DNA of 64,000 nt from contig NC_058368.1 in assembly GCF_018350175.1 (NCBI RefSeq), positions 172,982,001-173,046,000 of the forward strand. The letters are read 5' to 3'. The position numbers and the translations under genes are program-made. Origin of the DNA: Felis catus. Lineage: Eukaryota. The notes beneath the pieces were generated by a model that was not told where the DNA came from, searched no databases, and saw nothing but the letters and a program-made list of their open reading frames with translations. Positions 1 to 13,439 of the stretch are shown one piece after another; within the stretch, counting starts at the first letter, position 1, and each line of letters opens with the position of its first letter.

Positions 1-94
1 ACTCTTTAGCTGAAATAAAGGACCAACAACAGTTCAAATTTTCATGAATAAAGACTGTCTTGATGTGGTATTAATACAAACCACATTGCATCAA

Positions 95-2910
95 ATTTAG
101 ATGTTAATTGCAATCTTAACTACTTCACCAGAGCAACCACTAAGAAAACGACTGTGTGTGTATTTAGGGAGGGAGGGGGCACTATCATATAAATGACAAG
201 ACACTTAAAATGTTACACTCGAAAATATCTATTTAACATAAAAGAAGATAGTAACAGAATCAGAGGAACAAAAAGACCATAAGATACATTAAAAGTAAAA
301 TGGCAAACATCAATCCTACCTTATCACTACTTAGATAAAATGTATGGGGATTTAAAACTACAATTCAGGGTCGCCTGAGTGGCTTTATGGTTGAGCATCC
401 AACTCTTGATTTTGGCTCAGCTCATGAGCCCAGGGTTGCAGGATCAAGCCCTACATTCAGCTCTGCACTGAGCGTGGAGCCTGCTTGGGATTCTCTCTTT
501 TCTCCCTCTGCCCCTCTCCCTCAATCCCACTTTCTCTCTAAAATAAAAAAAAATCTAAATAAAAAAAGCCCTGCAATTCAAAGGCAGAGATTGGCAGAAT
601 GGACAAAAAATATAATCCAACTATATGCTGTCTACAAAACACTTTATATCAAATTCAAAAAAAGGAGTTGAAAGCAAAAGGTTGGAAATAACACGAAAGC
701 AGTAACAAAAAGGGGTAGCTTCTCTATATTAATATCACAAAATATACTTAAAGGTAAGAAGATTACTAGAGACAAACATGGAAATTGTATAATGACAAAA
801 TGTCAATCTAACAGGAAGGTATAACAATTACAAATATACATACAACAAACCAGACTCCCAAATTCATAAAGCAGTAACTCATAGAAATAAATATAGAAAA
901 AGAGAAACAGTAACAGAGACTTCAAAACCCACTTTCAGTAATGGAGAGAACTAGACAGAAGATCACTAAGAACATAAAAGGGGTGAACAGCACTAGGCCT
1001 AGGCCTAGGAGGCATCTGAAGAACATTTTACCAAACAACCACAGAATACACAGTCTTCCTAAGTATATATGAACATTCTCAAGGATAGACCATATATTAG
1101 GCCACAAAAATAAAATTAAAATAAGTGGAATACAGAATATATTCTCCAACCACAATGGAACGAAATTAGAAACCAAAAAGACAAGGGAAATTGGGAAATT
1201 AAACAATATACTACTAAATAACCAGTAAGTCAAAGAATTCACGTGGAAAATTAGAAAATACTTTGAAAAAAAATGAACACAAAATATACCACAACTTAAA
1301 AGACAGAGCAAAAGCAGTTCTTAGACGGATTTCATAGCTGAGGACATATATATATTTTTTAAATCTCTCAAATACCCTAAACTTTCACCTTAAGCTAGCA
1401 AGGAACAGCAGACTACACCTAAAGCAAGCAGAAAGAACAACGAAGATTAGTGGGAAAATTAAGAGAATCAAGAATAGAAAAAAAAAAATTGGCAAAACCA
1501 AAAGCTGGTTCTTTAAAAAAATCAACACAACTCATAAATCTTTAGCAGACCAATAAAAAAGACTCAAATTACTAAAATCAGAAATAAAAGTGTGGCCATC
1601 ACTACTGATTCTACAGAAACAAAAAGGATTAGAATAAGATGAACAACTGTATGCCTACAAATTAGATAACCTAGATAAAACCCTAAATCCTCAAAACAAA
1701 AACTACCAAAACTAAATGACACAGAAACAATATTTGGATAAACCTGTAACTAGCAAAGAGATAGACTCAGTAATGAGTAAACAAAAGCAAAGAAAGAAAA
1801 AGAAAGAAAGAGAAAGAAAGAGAAAGAAAGAAAGAGAAAAAGCAAAGAAAAGCCCTGGATCTAATGGCTTCACTGGGAAGTTGTATCAAACATTTAAATA
1901 AGAACTAACACCCATCCTTATCAAACTTTTCCAAAAAACTAAATAGGGAGGAATACTCCCTAATTCATTCTTTGAGGCCAGTATTTCTCTGATACCAAAG
2001 CCAGATGAAGACACCACAAGAAAAATACAGACCAATATCCTTTACCAACATTGATGCAAATATCTTTAACAAAATACTAGCAAAACAAATTGAAAATTAT
2101 ACTTAAAAAACAGAGTATCAAATCAAAACATTATTTTGTTATATGACACAATGTTACACAACAATTACATGTCAATTAAAAAACAAATGGGGGGCAGCTG
2201 GGTGGCTCAGTCAGTTAAGCATCCGACTTCAGCTCAGGTCATGATCTCACAGTTCATGGGTTCAAGCCCTGATCAGACTCTGCTGACAGCTCAGAGCCTG
2301 GAGCCTGCTTCGGATTCTGGGTCTCCTCCTCTCTCTGCCCCTCTCCAACTCACGCTCTGTCTCTCTCTCTCAAAAATAAACAAACAAAAAAAATTTTTTT
2401 TTAACTGGTTAACTATACTGGAATCAAAAAAATTAATAAAAACAACAACAACAGAAACCATACATCATAACCAAGTGGGATATATTCCTGGAAGACAAGG
2501 AATGTTCAACATATAAAACCAGCAAATATAATATACCTCATTAACAGAATGGGGGAAAAAAATCACATGATCATGACCATGGATGCAGAAAAAGTATTTA
2601 GCAAAATTCAACACTCATTCATGATAAAAACCCATACACTAGGAATCGGAAACTATCAACATAATAAAAGTCATATATGAAAATCCCAAAGAGAACATCA
2701 TGCTTAATTGAGAAAGACTGAAAGTCTTTCCTCTGAGATAAAGAACATAGCAAGGATGCCTACTTTCTCCACTTCTATTCAGCAAATTCCGGTATGTCCT
2801 AGTCAGAGCAACTAGGCGAGAAAAATAAAAGGCAACCACATTTGAAATGAGTAAGTAAAATTATGTCTATTTGCAGATCTTATATGTAGAAAATCACAAA
2901 GATCCCACAA
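95..2910 (+). mobile_element. Old decayed L1 (inter-ORF region, ORF2 endonuclease to RT), interrupted by CanSINEs at ~368-565 and ~2189-2405
   Basis: Degenerate ORF2 peptides IQRQRLAEW..IIQLYAVY (EN), KSPGSNGFTGKLYQTFK, IHHNQVGYIPGRQGMFNI and ILYVENHKD, with many stops and frameshifts. Confidence 0.88.
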
Positions 2911-5900
2911 AAAATTTTTTATTTTTGAGAGAGGTGGAGAGGGAGAGAGAGGGAGAGAGAGGGAGAGAGAGGGAGAGAGAGGGAGAGAGAGGGAGAGAGG
3001 GGGAGGGAGAGAGAGAGAGAGCAAAAGAGAGAGAGAGAGAGAAGGCACACAGGCAAGTGGGGGAGGGGCAGAGAGAGGGAAAGAGAATCCCAACGTGGGG
3101 CTCAAACTCACAAACAAGATCATGACCTGGGCCGACGTCAGAAGCTCAACTGACTGAGCCACCCAGGCACCCTGAAATAAACCTTTTTTTCTAGCACTGG
3201 GACTGTTTATAAATATTTACCATGCCCTAAGCAATAAAGTGTATCTCAATCAATTTGAAAGGATTGGAATCATATGGAATATATTTCCTGTCCATAGTGT
3301 AATTAAGCTAATAATTAATTACAAAAGGGGCACTGGGGTGGCTGGCTCAGTTGGTTGAGCACCCGACTTTTTTGTTTGTTTTTTAAGTTTATTTATTTAT
3401 TTTGAGGGAGAGAGGGAGGGTAAGCAGGGGAGCAGCAGAGAGAGGGGGAAAAGAGAATACCAAGCAGGCTCTGCACCACCACTGCAGAGCCTGACCCAGG
3501 GCTGGAACTCACAAACCATGAGATCATGACCTGAGCTGAAACCAGGAGTCAGAAGCTCAATAGACTGAGCCACCCAGGTGCTCCTAAAAAGTTGGTATTA
3601 CCACTGTGGAAACAAAACTTGCATAATAAACAAATACAAAAACTGTAATTGTTAGGTACAGAATTCTGAGGTTTTTTTCATTTTAAACATTCTTTAATCA
3701 TGCAATTGTTTTACGCAACTTGGTTAAAAAGATGTAACAAGTAGGGGCACCTGGGTGGCTCAGTCAGTTGAGCATCCAACTTCGGCTCAGGTCATGATCT
3801 CATGGTTTGTGGTTTAAGCCCCACGTCAGGCTCTGTGCTGACAGCTCAGAGCCTGGAACCTGCTTCGGATTCTGCGTCTTCCTCTCTATCTCTCTGCCCC
3901 ACCCCTGCTCATGCTCTTTCTCTCAAGAAATGAATAAACATTAAAAAAATTTTTTTTAATAAATAAATAAAGATGTAACAAGTAAAACTGGTTAAATGGG
4001 TTTTTTAATTTCTCCCATTACTCCTCAGTCATTTTAAGATATATTGTTTAACAATACTAAAAAACCTAAGTAGAAATGACGGTCTTATCTCTGTCTCTGT
4101 AGCATGTCACATAATAGTAGATGCCCAGATGTTTGCTGAATTGATGAAATTTAGTTTAAGTAATTCATGTTGGATCACTCAATCATTCAAATATTTACTA
4201 AGTTTGTAAAGTGGTAAAAACAGTGATGTTTCTAGGGGGTGAAAATTATGAAAGACACACTTTATTATTATGTTAGTAAATTATTTTCAAGGAAACTTCT
4301 TTATATTTAAGCATTTTATAAATGTTATGAGTGACAAGACTACACTTTCAGGGATCACTTCTATAGTTCATCACTAGAGGACAAAAATATATTCTGACTA
4401 GCATATAACTGAATATAGAGATGGAACAAATAAGTCCTCTGGGAGCTCAGTCTCTCTGGGAGAGAGAAATGAACGAAGTAAAACACTATAGCTCCTAAGC
4501 TGGGACTGGGATGGGAGGTGTACTCATCTTGGGGAAGAAAGATCACTAGTTTTATTATTAGTAACAAATTTCTCAAAACAAACTTCAAGAGATAGTGACA
4601 GTCAAGGTAAGAATAGCTGTAAAATAAGGCTAGAACCTAGATAATATTTCTGTCTCCGATCTCCTATTCCACCAATTCCTACCTCAAAAGCTAACACTAC
4701 ACCAAGCTGTCCACAGTTTCCCTTTTAGATCATACTCTTTGTCCTTCCATTTCCTTTCTGCCTGGAATTCCTCTTTCTCCTAGGTCTTCTCAGAAAGCCT
4801 TACTTCCATCACCTCCTATCTCTTGGCTGGGCTAAGTGCTTAAGTGTCTACTATATCCTATCCTATCTCTTGGTTTACCATTATAGAGAATTTAGAATTT
4901 GTATTTATCTATTCCAGTCTCTAAACTTCAAGAAGACAAGGTATCATCCACTCCTACATCTCCATTATCTGGGACAAAACACATGTTCAATAAAAATGTT
5001 TGAACTGAACTGAAACAGGCTATAATAAGCCATTTCCTAAGCAGCAAAATTAGATGCCAAAACATATGGGTCCTTGGGGCATGTGAGTGGCTCAGTTGGT
5101 TAAGCATCCAAATCTTGATCTTTGGTAAGGTCATGATCTCACAGTTCATGAAACTGAGCCCAAGTCAGGATCTGCCAGACAGTGCAGAGATTCTTGGGAT
5201 TCTCTCTCACCCTCTCTCTTGGGATTCTCTCTCACCCTCTCTGTCCCTCCCCTACACACACTCTCTCTTAAAATAAACATTAAAAAATAAATAAACAAAC
5301 AAACAAATAAATAAAGGCTTGAAAAAATAAAAACCTTATGGGTCCTTAATCCACAAAACCTCATTTGTCTTAAAAAGATAAATGATAATTTTTAAATTTG
5401 TTTTTTTATTTAAAAAAAATTTTTTTAAGTAATTTCTACACCTAACCCATGTGGTGTTCAGAACTGACAAACTGGAGATCAAGAGTCTCATGCTCCACTT
5501 ACTGAGCCAGCCAGGTCCCCTGACATAGTCAAACATATCTACATTACAGATCTTTACTTCAAAGATGACCAGCAATCAGTCTCTATCCCCTTAACTCCCT
5601 GATTTGGAAATGGGGAATATCACTAAATTTGGGAAAGAACAGCACATCAGAAGTTAGTCACAGACTATTAAACTGTGAAATCATAGTTCTCTAAGCAACC
5701 TTCAGATAAGCAATTAGTCTCCCAAATATCCAGATTTTGGAAAGGAGGTACTCTGGCTTTCAAAACAAATATCCCAGTACAATGGAATTATCTCTTTCCC
5801 CAACATTTATTCATCATGGGAATATGAGCTGCAGTAAGTCCATTTAGACACTGGGTACACTAACAAATTTGGTTTCCTGGTAACGGTAGAAATTCTGGGA

Positions 5901-7458
5901 AGGGTCACAGATAAACCCTCCTCTCTAAAGCCTCTCTCTCAGCTCTAACTTAAACTTTTCTGAGCACAAGTGAAAATGGAAACCTACTTCTAATGTTGTA
6001 TTAGTAAGTTAGAAACATCCCAGCGATTTCCTATGTAAGTCTTCACAATTATGTGTGAGTACTCAAAATCATTCTAGGGTCCCCAGTCTCCCTTCAAAGA
6101 CAGACCAAAAAAAACAAAAAACAAAAAACAAAAAAACCCCAACCAACCAACCAACCAACCTTCCAGCCCAGTGTCACAACAATATTTCATTCAAGTCAGA
6201 ATTGAAAAGGACTCAGGGCACCTGAGTGGCTGGGTTGGTTAAGCATCCAATATTGGCTCAGGTCACAATCTCATGGTTCATGAGTTCAAGCCCCACATCA
6301 GGCTCTGTGCTGACAGTTAAGAACCTGGAGCCTGCCTCAGGCTCAAATTCTGTGTCTCCCTCTCTCTCTGCCCTCTCCCACTCACCTTCTCTCTCTCTCT
6401 CTCTCTCTCTCTCCCTCTCTCTCTCCCGTCTCTCCCTCCCTCTCTCTCAAAAATAAAGTAAAACATTAAAAATTGTTTTAAAAAAAGAATTGAAAAGGAC
6501 TCAAAGTGCATCTCAACCACAGCACACACTGAGGAATTGTTAAATAAAATAACTGTACTAAGTGTAGTGATCTAGCTAGCTACATTTGGCACAAAAATCA
6601 GACACTGAACACTTAAATAATTATTTCATAACCTCACAGTAGCTTCTAAGGATAGGCTAGAAGGGTATTTTTCTCCATATTATGGATGAAAAAACTGAGG
6701 CAGAAATGAAGTCATTTGTCTACGTTCATAAAACTAGTATTAAAATAGCAATACAGCAGAGGATTCAAACCTGACTCCAGTACAAATGCCTTTTGCAATG
6801 ACTATTCTCAAAAGATAAACCAGAATTTTCTTAGAAAGGATTCTATACAAATGAATTTTCCACAACATTTAATTTTTTAATTTTTTTACATTGTTTATTT
6901 TTGAGACAGAGAGAGAGAGACAGAGTGTGTGCAGGGGAGGGGCCAAGAGAGAGGGAGACACACAATCTGAAGCAAGGTTCAGGCTCTGAGCTGTTAGCAC
7001 AGGGCCTGACGCAGGGCTCGAACTCACAAATGGTGAGATCATGAACTGAGCTGAAGTTGGATACTTCACCGACTGAGCCACCCAGGCGCCCCTCCACATA
7101 TTTAAATATAACTTATATTACCCCAAAATTTGGGAAATCCAAATATTCCTGAATCAAGAACAACTTAAAGTTTGGGTGCCTGGGTGGCTCAGTAGATTAA
7201 GCATCCGACGCTTGATTTTAGCTCAGATCATGGTCCCAGGGTTGTGGGACTGAGCCCCATTGTCAGGCTCCATGCTGAGCGTGGAGCCTGCTAGTTTCTC
7301 TCTTAACCTCACCCCTCTCCCCAGTTTGCAATTTCCCTCTCTCTCACACAAACAAAAACCCAAAAGAACAATCTAAAGTCTATCACACAAGCAAAGCCAC
7401 TGATGCTGTTCTTCTGCAGCTGTCAACACATTTTCTAGTTTCCTGATATCCTTTTCTT

Positions 7459-7694
7459 TTTTTTTTTATTTTTAAAAAAAAATTTTTTTTCAACGTTTAT
7501 TTATTTTTGCGACAGAGAGAGACAGAACATGAACGGGGGAGGGGCAGAGAGAGAGGGAGACACAGAATCGGAAACAGGCTCCAGGCTCTGAGCCATCAGC
7601 CCAGAGCCTGACGCGGGGCTCGAACTCACGGACCGCGAGATCATGACCTGGCTGAAGTCGGACGCTTAACCGACTGCGCCACCCAGGCGCCCCC
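7459..7694 (-). mobile_element. Young feline CanSINE (SINEC_Fc-like)
   Basis: CpG-rich full-length copy. Perfect 17-bp TSD CCTGATATCCTTTTCTT at 7442-7458 and 7695-7711. Confidence 0.93.
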
Positions 7695-7885
7695 CCTGAT
7701 ATCCTTTTCTTGAGCCAAGGAGAGAACTGAAATCTCAGAAACCGCTTGAAAGAACATGGTATAGTTTAGAAAAGTAATACTTTAAATGTATTTTAGTCTC
7801 ATTACTTTTTAAACAGCCAAGAAATGGAAATAATCTGTATGTTGAAAAGGGTCTTAGCTCAATAAATTATAGAACATCAATACAC

Positions 7886-9289
7886 TGGCACAAAAACAGA
7901 CAAATAGACCAATGGAATAGAATAGAAACCCCAGAACTAGACCCACAAACGTATGGCCAACTCATCTTTGACAAAGCAGGAAAGAACATCCAGTGGAAAA
8001 AAGACAGCCTCTTTAACAAATGGTGCTGGGAGAACTGGACAGCAACATGCAGAAGGTTGAAACTAGACCACTTTCTCACACCATTCACAAAAATAAACTC
8101 AAAATGGATAAAGGACCTAAATGTGAGACAGGAAACCATCAAAACCTTAGAGGAGAAAGCAGGAAAAGACCTCTCTGACCTCAGCCGTAGCAATCTCTTA
8201 CTCGACACATCCCCAAAAGCAAGGGAATTAAAAGCAAAAGTGAATTACTGGGACCTTATGAAGATAAAAAGCTTCTGCACAGCAAAGGAAACAACCAACA
8301 AAACTAAAAGACAACCAACGGAATGGGAAAAGATATTCACAAATGACATATCGGACAAAGGGCTAGTATCCAAAATCTATAAAGAGCTCACCAAACTCCA
8401 CACCCGAAAAACAAATAACCCAGTGAAGAAATGGGCAGAAAACAGGAATAGACACTTCTCTAAAGAAGACATCCGGATGGCCAACAGGCACATGAAGAGA
8501 TGTTCAGCGTCGCTCCTTATCAGGGAAATACAAATCAAAACCACACTCAGGTATCACCTCACGCCAGTCAGAGTGGCCAAAATGAACAAATCAGGAGACT
8601 ATAGATGCTGGAGAGGATGTGGAGAAACGGGAACCCTCTTGCACTGTTGGTGGGAATGCAAATTGGTACAGCCGCTCTGGAAAGCAGTGTGGAGGTTCCT
8701 CAGAAAATTAAAAATAGACCTACCCTATGACCCAGCAATAGCACTGCTAGGGATTTATCCAAGGGATACAGGAGTACTGATGCATAGGGCCACTTGTACC
8801 CCAATGTTCATAGCAGCACTCTCAACAATAGCCAAATTATGGAAAGAGCCTAAATGTCCATCAAATGATGAATGGATAAAGAAATTGTGGTTTATATACA
8901 CAATGGAATATTACGTGGCAATGAGAAAAAATGAAATATGGCCTTTTGTAGCAACGTGGATGGAACTGGAGAGTGTGATGCTAAGTGAAATAAGCCATAC
9001 AGAGAAAGACAGATACCATATGGTTTCACTCTTATGTGGATCCTGAGAAACTTAACAGGAACCCATGGGGGAGGGGAAGGAAAAAAAAAAAAAAACAGGT
9101 TAGAGTGGGAGAGAGCCAAAGCATAAGAGACTCTTAAAAACTGAGAACAAACTGAGGGTTGATGGGGGGTGGGAGGGAGGAGAGGGTGGGTGATGGGTAT
9201 TGAGGAGGGCACCTTTTGGGATGAGCACTGGGTGTTGTATGGAAACCAATTTGTCAATAAATTTCATATAAAAAATAAAAAAAAAAAAA
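7886..9289 (+). mobile_element. Young 5'-truncated feline L1 (ORF2 C-terminus, 3' UTR, polyA)
   Basis: Frame open from 7886 to stop at 9046 (386 codons), including the CCHC motif [19 protein letters not shown]-rich 3' UTR and A tail. Perfect TSD AGAACATCAATACAC at 7871-7885 and 9290-9304. Confidence 0.96.
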
Positions 9290-9819
9290 AGAACATCAAT
9301 ACACCGGAATACTATACAAAAATTTTATAGACACAGTGAAAAAAGTTATAAAAAGGCATGTATACAATGATTACAAATTTAAAGATATACACTTTCATAT
9401 GCAAATTATTTAGAGAAAAGTATGGAAGACAGAATTCACAAAGATTAACTGGACTGCTAGATATTGCCAGTTGTTTTTTTTTTTTTTGGCTATCTACATT
9501 TTCTAATTTTTAGACACTCAACATGAATTACATGCATAGTTTTTTAGGTATATTTTTTTATTGAGATAAAATCAACTCACAAGAATCATGGTTTTTGGCT
9601 ATTTCAAAGTGTCCAAATCAACACTTTCTAGTACAGCTTGCTTAATATTTTGAAGTAAATTTTAACACATACTTCCCTTGTAGGGCAAAATAAAACAGAG
9701 AAATGCAACAGGGCAGAATTTCCTAGCAAGACTGAGAGAAGTACACCAACAAAATCAGCATTTCATCCCCTGAATTGTCTTGAAAGAATCTGAAAGTGCC
9801 CTGTTTCCATGCCTCATTT

Positions 9820-9955
9820 GTACCATCTGTAAAATGGGAACAATAGTACCTACTTTCATAGGGCTATTACAAGTACTGAATAAGCTAGTATGTAAACAAA
9901 TTACTATGTGAAGTGCCAGTAGTGACAATGTGTAAGCACTGTAAGTGTTAGCTGA
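9820..9955 (+). mobile_element. MIR fragment
   Basis: Core-like CATCTGTAAAATGGGAACAATAGTACCTAC. Confidence 0.7.
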
Positions 9956-10161
9956 TACGAGTCTCCCCTTATCCACAGTTTTGCTTTCCATGGTTTCAGT
10001 TACCCTTGGTCAACCTCAGTCCAGGAGCAGATGATCTTCTTCCTGACATTATCCCCAGGAGGACAATAGTAGCCTAGTGTTTCATCTCAATGCCTATTAT
10101 CACTTACCTAACATAGGTATTTTATCACCTCATAACATCTCAGGAAGAAGGATAAATACAC

Positions 10162-10675
10162 CACCGATAGATGAATAAAGAAGTTGTGCTGTGTATACAT
10201 ATATATAATGGAATATTACTCAGCCATAAAAAAGGACTAAGGTCTTGCTACTTCCAACAACATGGATAAACCTACAGGATATTATGATAAGTGACATAAG
10301 TGAGTAAGACAAATATTATAATGATTTGACTTATATATGAAATCTAAAAAATAAAATAAACAAAACAAAAAGTAAAACCAGGCCTATAAATACAGAGAAC
10401 TGATGATTGCCAGAAAGGAGGAATTGGAGGAGAGGGGCAAAATGAGTGAAGGGGAGTAGGAGATACAGTCTTTCGGTTATGTAATGAGTAAGTCACAGGA
10501 ATAAAAGGCACAGCACAGGGAATATGGTCAAAGGTATTATAACAGAGTTGCATGTGACAGTAGCTACACTTCTAGTGAACAAAAGCTTAACATATAGAGT
10601 TGCTGAATCACTATGTTGTACACCTCACACTAATATAACACTGTGTCCACTATACTCAAATAAAAATTTTTTTAA
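10162..10675 (+). mobile_element. Carnivore L1 3' end fragment nested in MER44
   Basis: AATGGAATATTACTCAGCCATAAAAAAGG ... GTTGTACACCTCACACTAATATAACACTG followed by an A-rich tail. Confidence 0.8.
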
Positions 10676-10897
10676 ATGGATGAATATAGTACAGCAAGAT
10701 ATTAAGACAGACCACATTCACATAACTTTTATTACAGTATATGGGTGTAATTTTTCTATGTTATTACTATTGTTGTTAATCTCTTACTGTATCTAATTTC
10801 TAAATTAAACTTCATCATAGGTATATAAGTATAGAAAAAAAACAGTGAATATAGGGTTCGGTTCTAAAATAATTTTTTATTAAAATTAAAATATATA

Positions 10898-11124
10898 GGG
10901 TCGCCTGGGTGGCGCAGTCGGTTAAGCGTCCGACTTCAGCCAGGTCACGATCTCGCGGTCGGTGAGTTCGAGCCCCGCGTCGGGCTCTGGGCTGATGGCT
11001 CAGAGCCTGGAGCCTGTTTCCGATTCTGTGTCTCCCTCTCTCTCTGCCCTTCCCCCATTCATGCTCTGTCTCTCTCTGTCCCAAAAATAAATAAACGTTG
11101 AAAAAAAAAATTTTTTTTTAAATT
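10898..11124 (+). mobile_element. Young feline CanSINE (SINEC_Fc-like)
   Basis: tRNA-like head, (CT)n and A tail. TSD AAATTAAAATATATA at 10883-10897 and 11125-11139. Confidence 0.93.
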
Positions 11125-12677
11125 AAATTAAAATATATAAAGTTTGATCCTATCCCTGTTTTTAGCCATCACTGGGGGTCTTGGAACATATCTCCCATGG
11201 ATAATGGGGAGATGGAAACTAGTGAATTCTTTCAAAACGTTGAAATTAGAAGCCTGTTCTCCCTGTCTATTCAAGTCTGACTCTAGCCTAAACAATATTC
11301 AAAGGTTCTCTTTTTTATCTTAATTACTAGCGTGAAGCCATTATTTTGAGACAGTACAACGTAATGGTTAAAAGCAAAGACTTTCTGGAGTCATGCTTCA
11401 TAAAGTTGTCCAAGTGTCTGGCTTATAGTAACAATTCAAAAACCAGTTGCTATAGTATTATTCCCTGTATTTCCTTAAAAAGTTATGTTATTTCCATCAC
11501 TTTTACACAATTAGATAATTAATATATGACAGTATAGGCACTCTCCATTTAACACTATATTTACGAAAAAATAGTTCAAATTCTGAATAAATGACCTTAA
11601 AATAATGCTTAAATAGAAACACAATTTAGCACAATTCCAATACTGTTATGATCTTCCTTAAAAACTAGGGGTGCCTGGGTGGCTCAGTCGGTGAAGCATC
11701 TGATTCGATTTCGGCTCAGGTCATGATCTCATGGTTCATGGGTTCAAACCCTGAGTTGGACTCCCCACTAACAGAGAGGAGCCTGCTTGGGATTCTCTCT
11801 CTCTGTCCCTTCCTTGCTCGTGCACTCTCTCTCAAAATAAGTTTTGTTTTATTTTTTTAAAGATATCTGACCATTTCTTTAAAAATCAAAACTTTTGATG
11901 CCTATTTCTCAAGTAACGTACATACCACATACCCAAATAGTATTCAAGGCCCACCATAAACTGACCCCAATCTGTTCACCCCACCTTATTTCCTACATAA
12001 TCTCTTTCCTACACCTTAAAATCTAAGCAGAGTGTAATTTGTACTACATATTTCCCCGAATGGTATTCCTCCTGCCTCAGAGTGCTCTATACCTTCATTA
12101 TGCCTTCTCTAAATCTATCCCATGCTTCCTGCAAGACTCAGGTTGAATAAACCCTTCCCTCTTCAAATAACCTACTCCCACAGCATCTTGCCCCTCCCCC
12201 CTTTTTTGGCAGTGCTGATTTGCTATCTTACATGTTAATCACTTTAGAGATGCAGCTACTGCTGCTGCTATTAAGGATTTGTCTTGGATCATTTTTATTA
12301 AGAAAACTATTAACATATGACAGGAATATGTAGACACAAAGTCACAACATTATCAAACCCAAAATAGGCTTACAAATCATTACCTTTTCTTTTAAGCCAG
12401 CTTAAATCTAATAACAAGATCTACATTATAACTTACTAAAAATAATGTCCTGAGGGATAGAGTATTCTCAAGTAAAAAATGTGAGAGGCAGAGGGAACAA
12501 ATGACTTGTCCAAGACTAAGGGATAAGCAGGGTAAGAAGATAAAGATCCACACTATTCTGTGCATTGGTAAATCACTAAGTCTTTAAAATCTTAATCCCT
12601 TATATACATTACATTCAAATGAGAAATGATACATACTGAATCATACTTTGTATGCCACCATAACAGAAGCTCTGTGT

Positions 12678-12797
12678 ATTGGGTTTTTGTTTACTTTTCT
12701 TTTTTTTAATGTAGTTGACACACAATATTACATTAGTTTCAGGTTTACAATTCAGTGATTCGATTTCTCTACACATCATGCTATGTGTTCTGTGTAG
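12678..12797 (-). mobile_element. Very short L1 3'-end fragment
   Basis: T tract followed by the reverse complement of a carnivore L1 terminus. Flanked by the 13-bp direct repeat AGAAGCTCTGTGT (12665-12677, 12798-12810). Confidence 0.65.
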
Positions 12798-13410
12798 AGA
12801 AGCTCTGTGTTATACTAGAAATGCATGGGGCTTAATTTCTGCACCAGTGAGATTTTGGAAAGTTATTTCATCTATCTGACCTTGTTTCCTTTAACTGTAA
12901 AAGTAGGATAACACTGCCTCCTATTTGTAGGAGGTTGTATCAACTGAACAAATATTAAATCTAAGATTATTCTTAATCCAGTACAGGGCATCAATAATAA
13001 ACAATAGCTGTGTTTAGCTGGCAACAATTCTACCTTACAAGAATTGTGATTTCTTTTCCCAGTCTCAATTCAAAATTACAAAGAAAGGATTCAATACCAT
13101 TGTAGGTATGGTGAAATAAAATATACTACAAACATAAGCATTACTCCCACTGCAATATAATCTAATAAATGCATGTGTGTATTCTGTAAGAACCACACAA
13201 TCCTCTCAATAGATGCATAAAAAGCATTTGACAAAATACAGCATCCTTCCTTGATAAAAATCCTCAAGAAAGTATGGATAGAAGGATCACACCTTAAGAT
13301 CATTAAAGCCATAAATGAAAGACCCACCACTAATATCATTTATGATATCAATATCATAAATTTAGAGTTTTCCCCCTAAGGTCAGGAAGTGCACAAAGAT
13401 GTCCACTCTT

Positions 13411-13439
13411 GTGCTCGCTTTGGCAGCACATATACTAAA
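13411..13439 (+). pseudogene. RNU6: U6 snRNA 5' fragment (nt 1-29), truncated retrocopy
   Basis: GTGCTCGCTTTGGCAGCACATATACTAAA versus U6 GTGCTCGCTTCGGCAGCACATATACTAAA (one C>T at a CpG). TSD AAA(G/C)ATGTCCACTCT at 13395-13409 and 13437-13451. Confidence 0.92.

Larger units (their letters stand above)
9958..11212 (+). mobile_element. MER44-type (Tigger7-derived) DNA transposon, split by an L1 3' fragment and a SINE
   Basis: Left end CCCCTTATCCACAG..GGTTTCAGTTACC..GGTCAACC, internal GACCACATTCACATAACTTTTATTACAGTAT, right end CTGGGGGTCTTGGAAC..TGGATAATGGGG (inverted to the left end). Confidence 0.75.

Noticed and set aside
8057..9046. 329-aa ORF as a host gene
   Set aside because: It is the C-terminal part of L1 ORF2 in a 5'-truncated copy with no promoter, and the track start is a TTG.
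10898..10975. tRNA-like sequence with A and B boxes
   Set aside because: tRNA-derived head of a CanSINE, followed by (CT)n, A tail and TSD. Not a tRNA gene.
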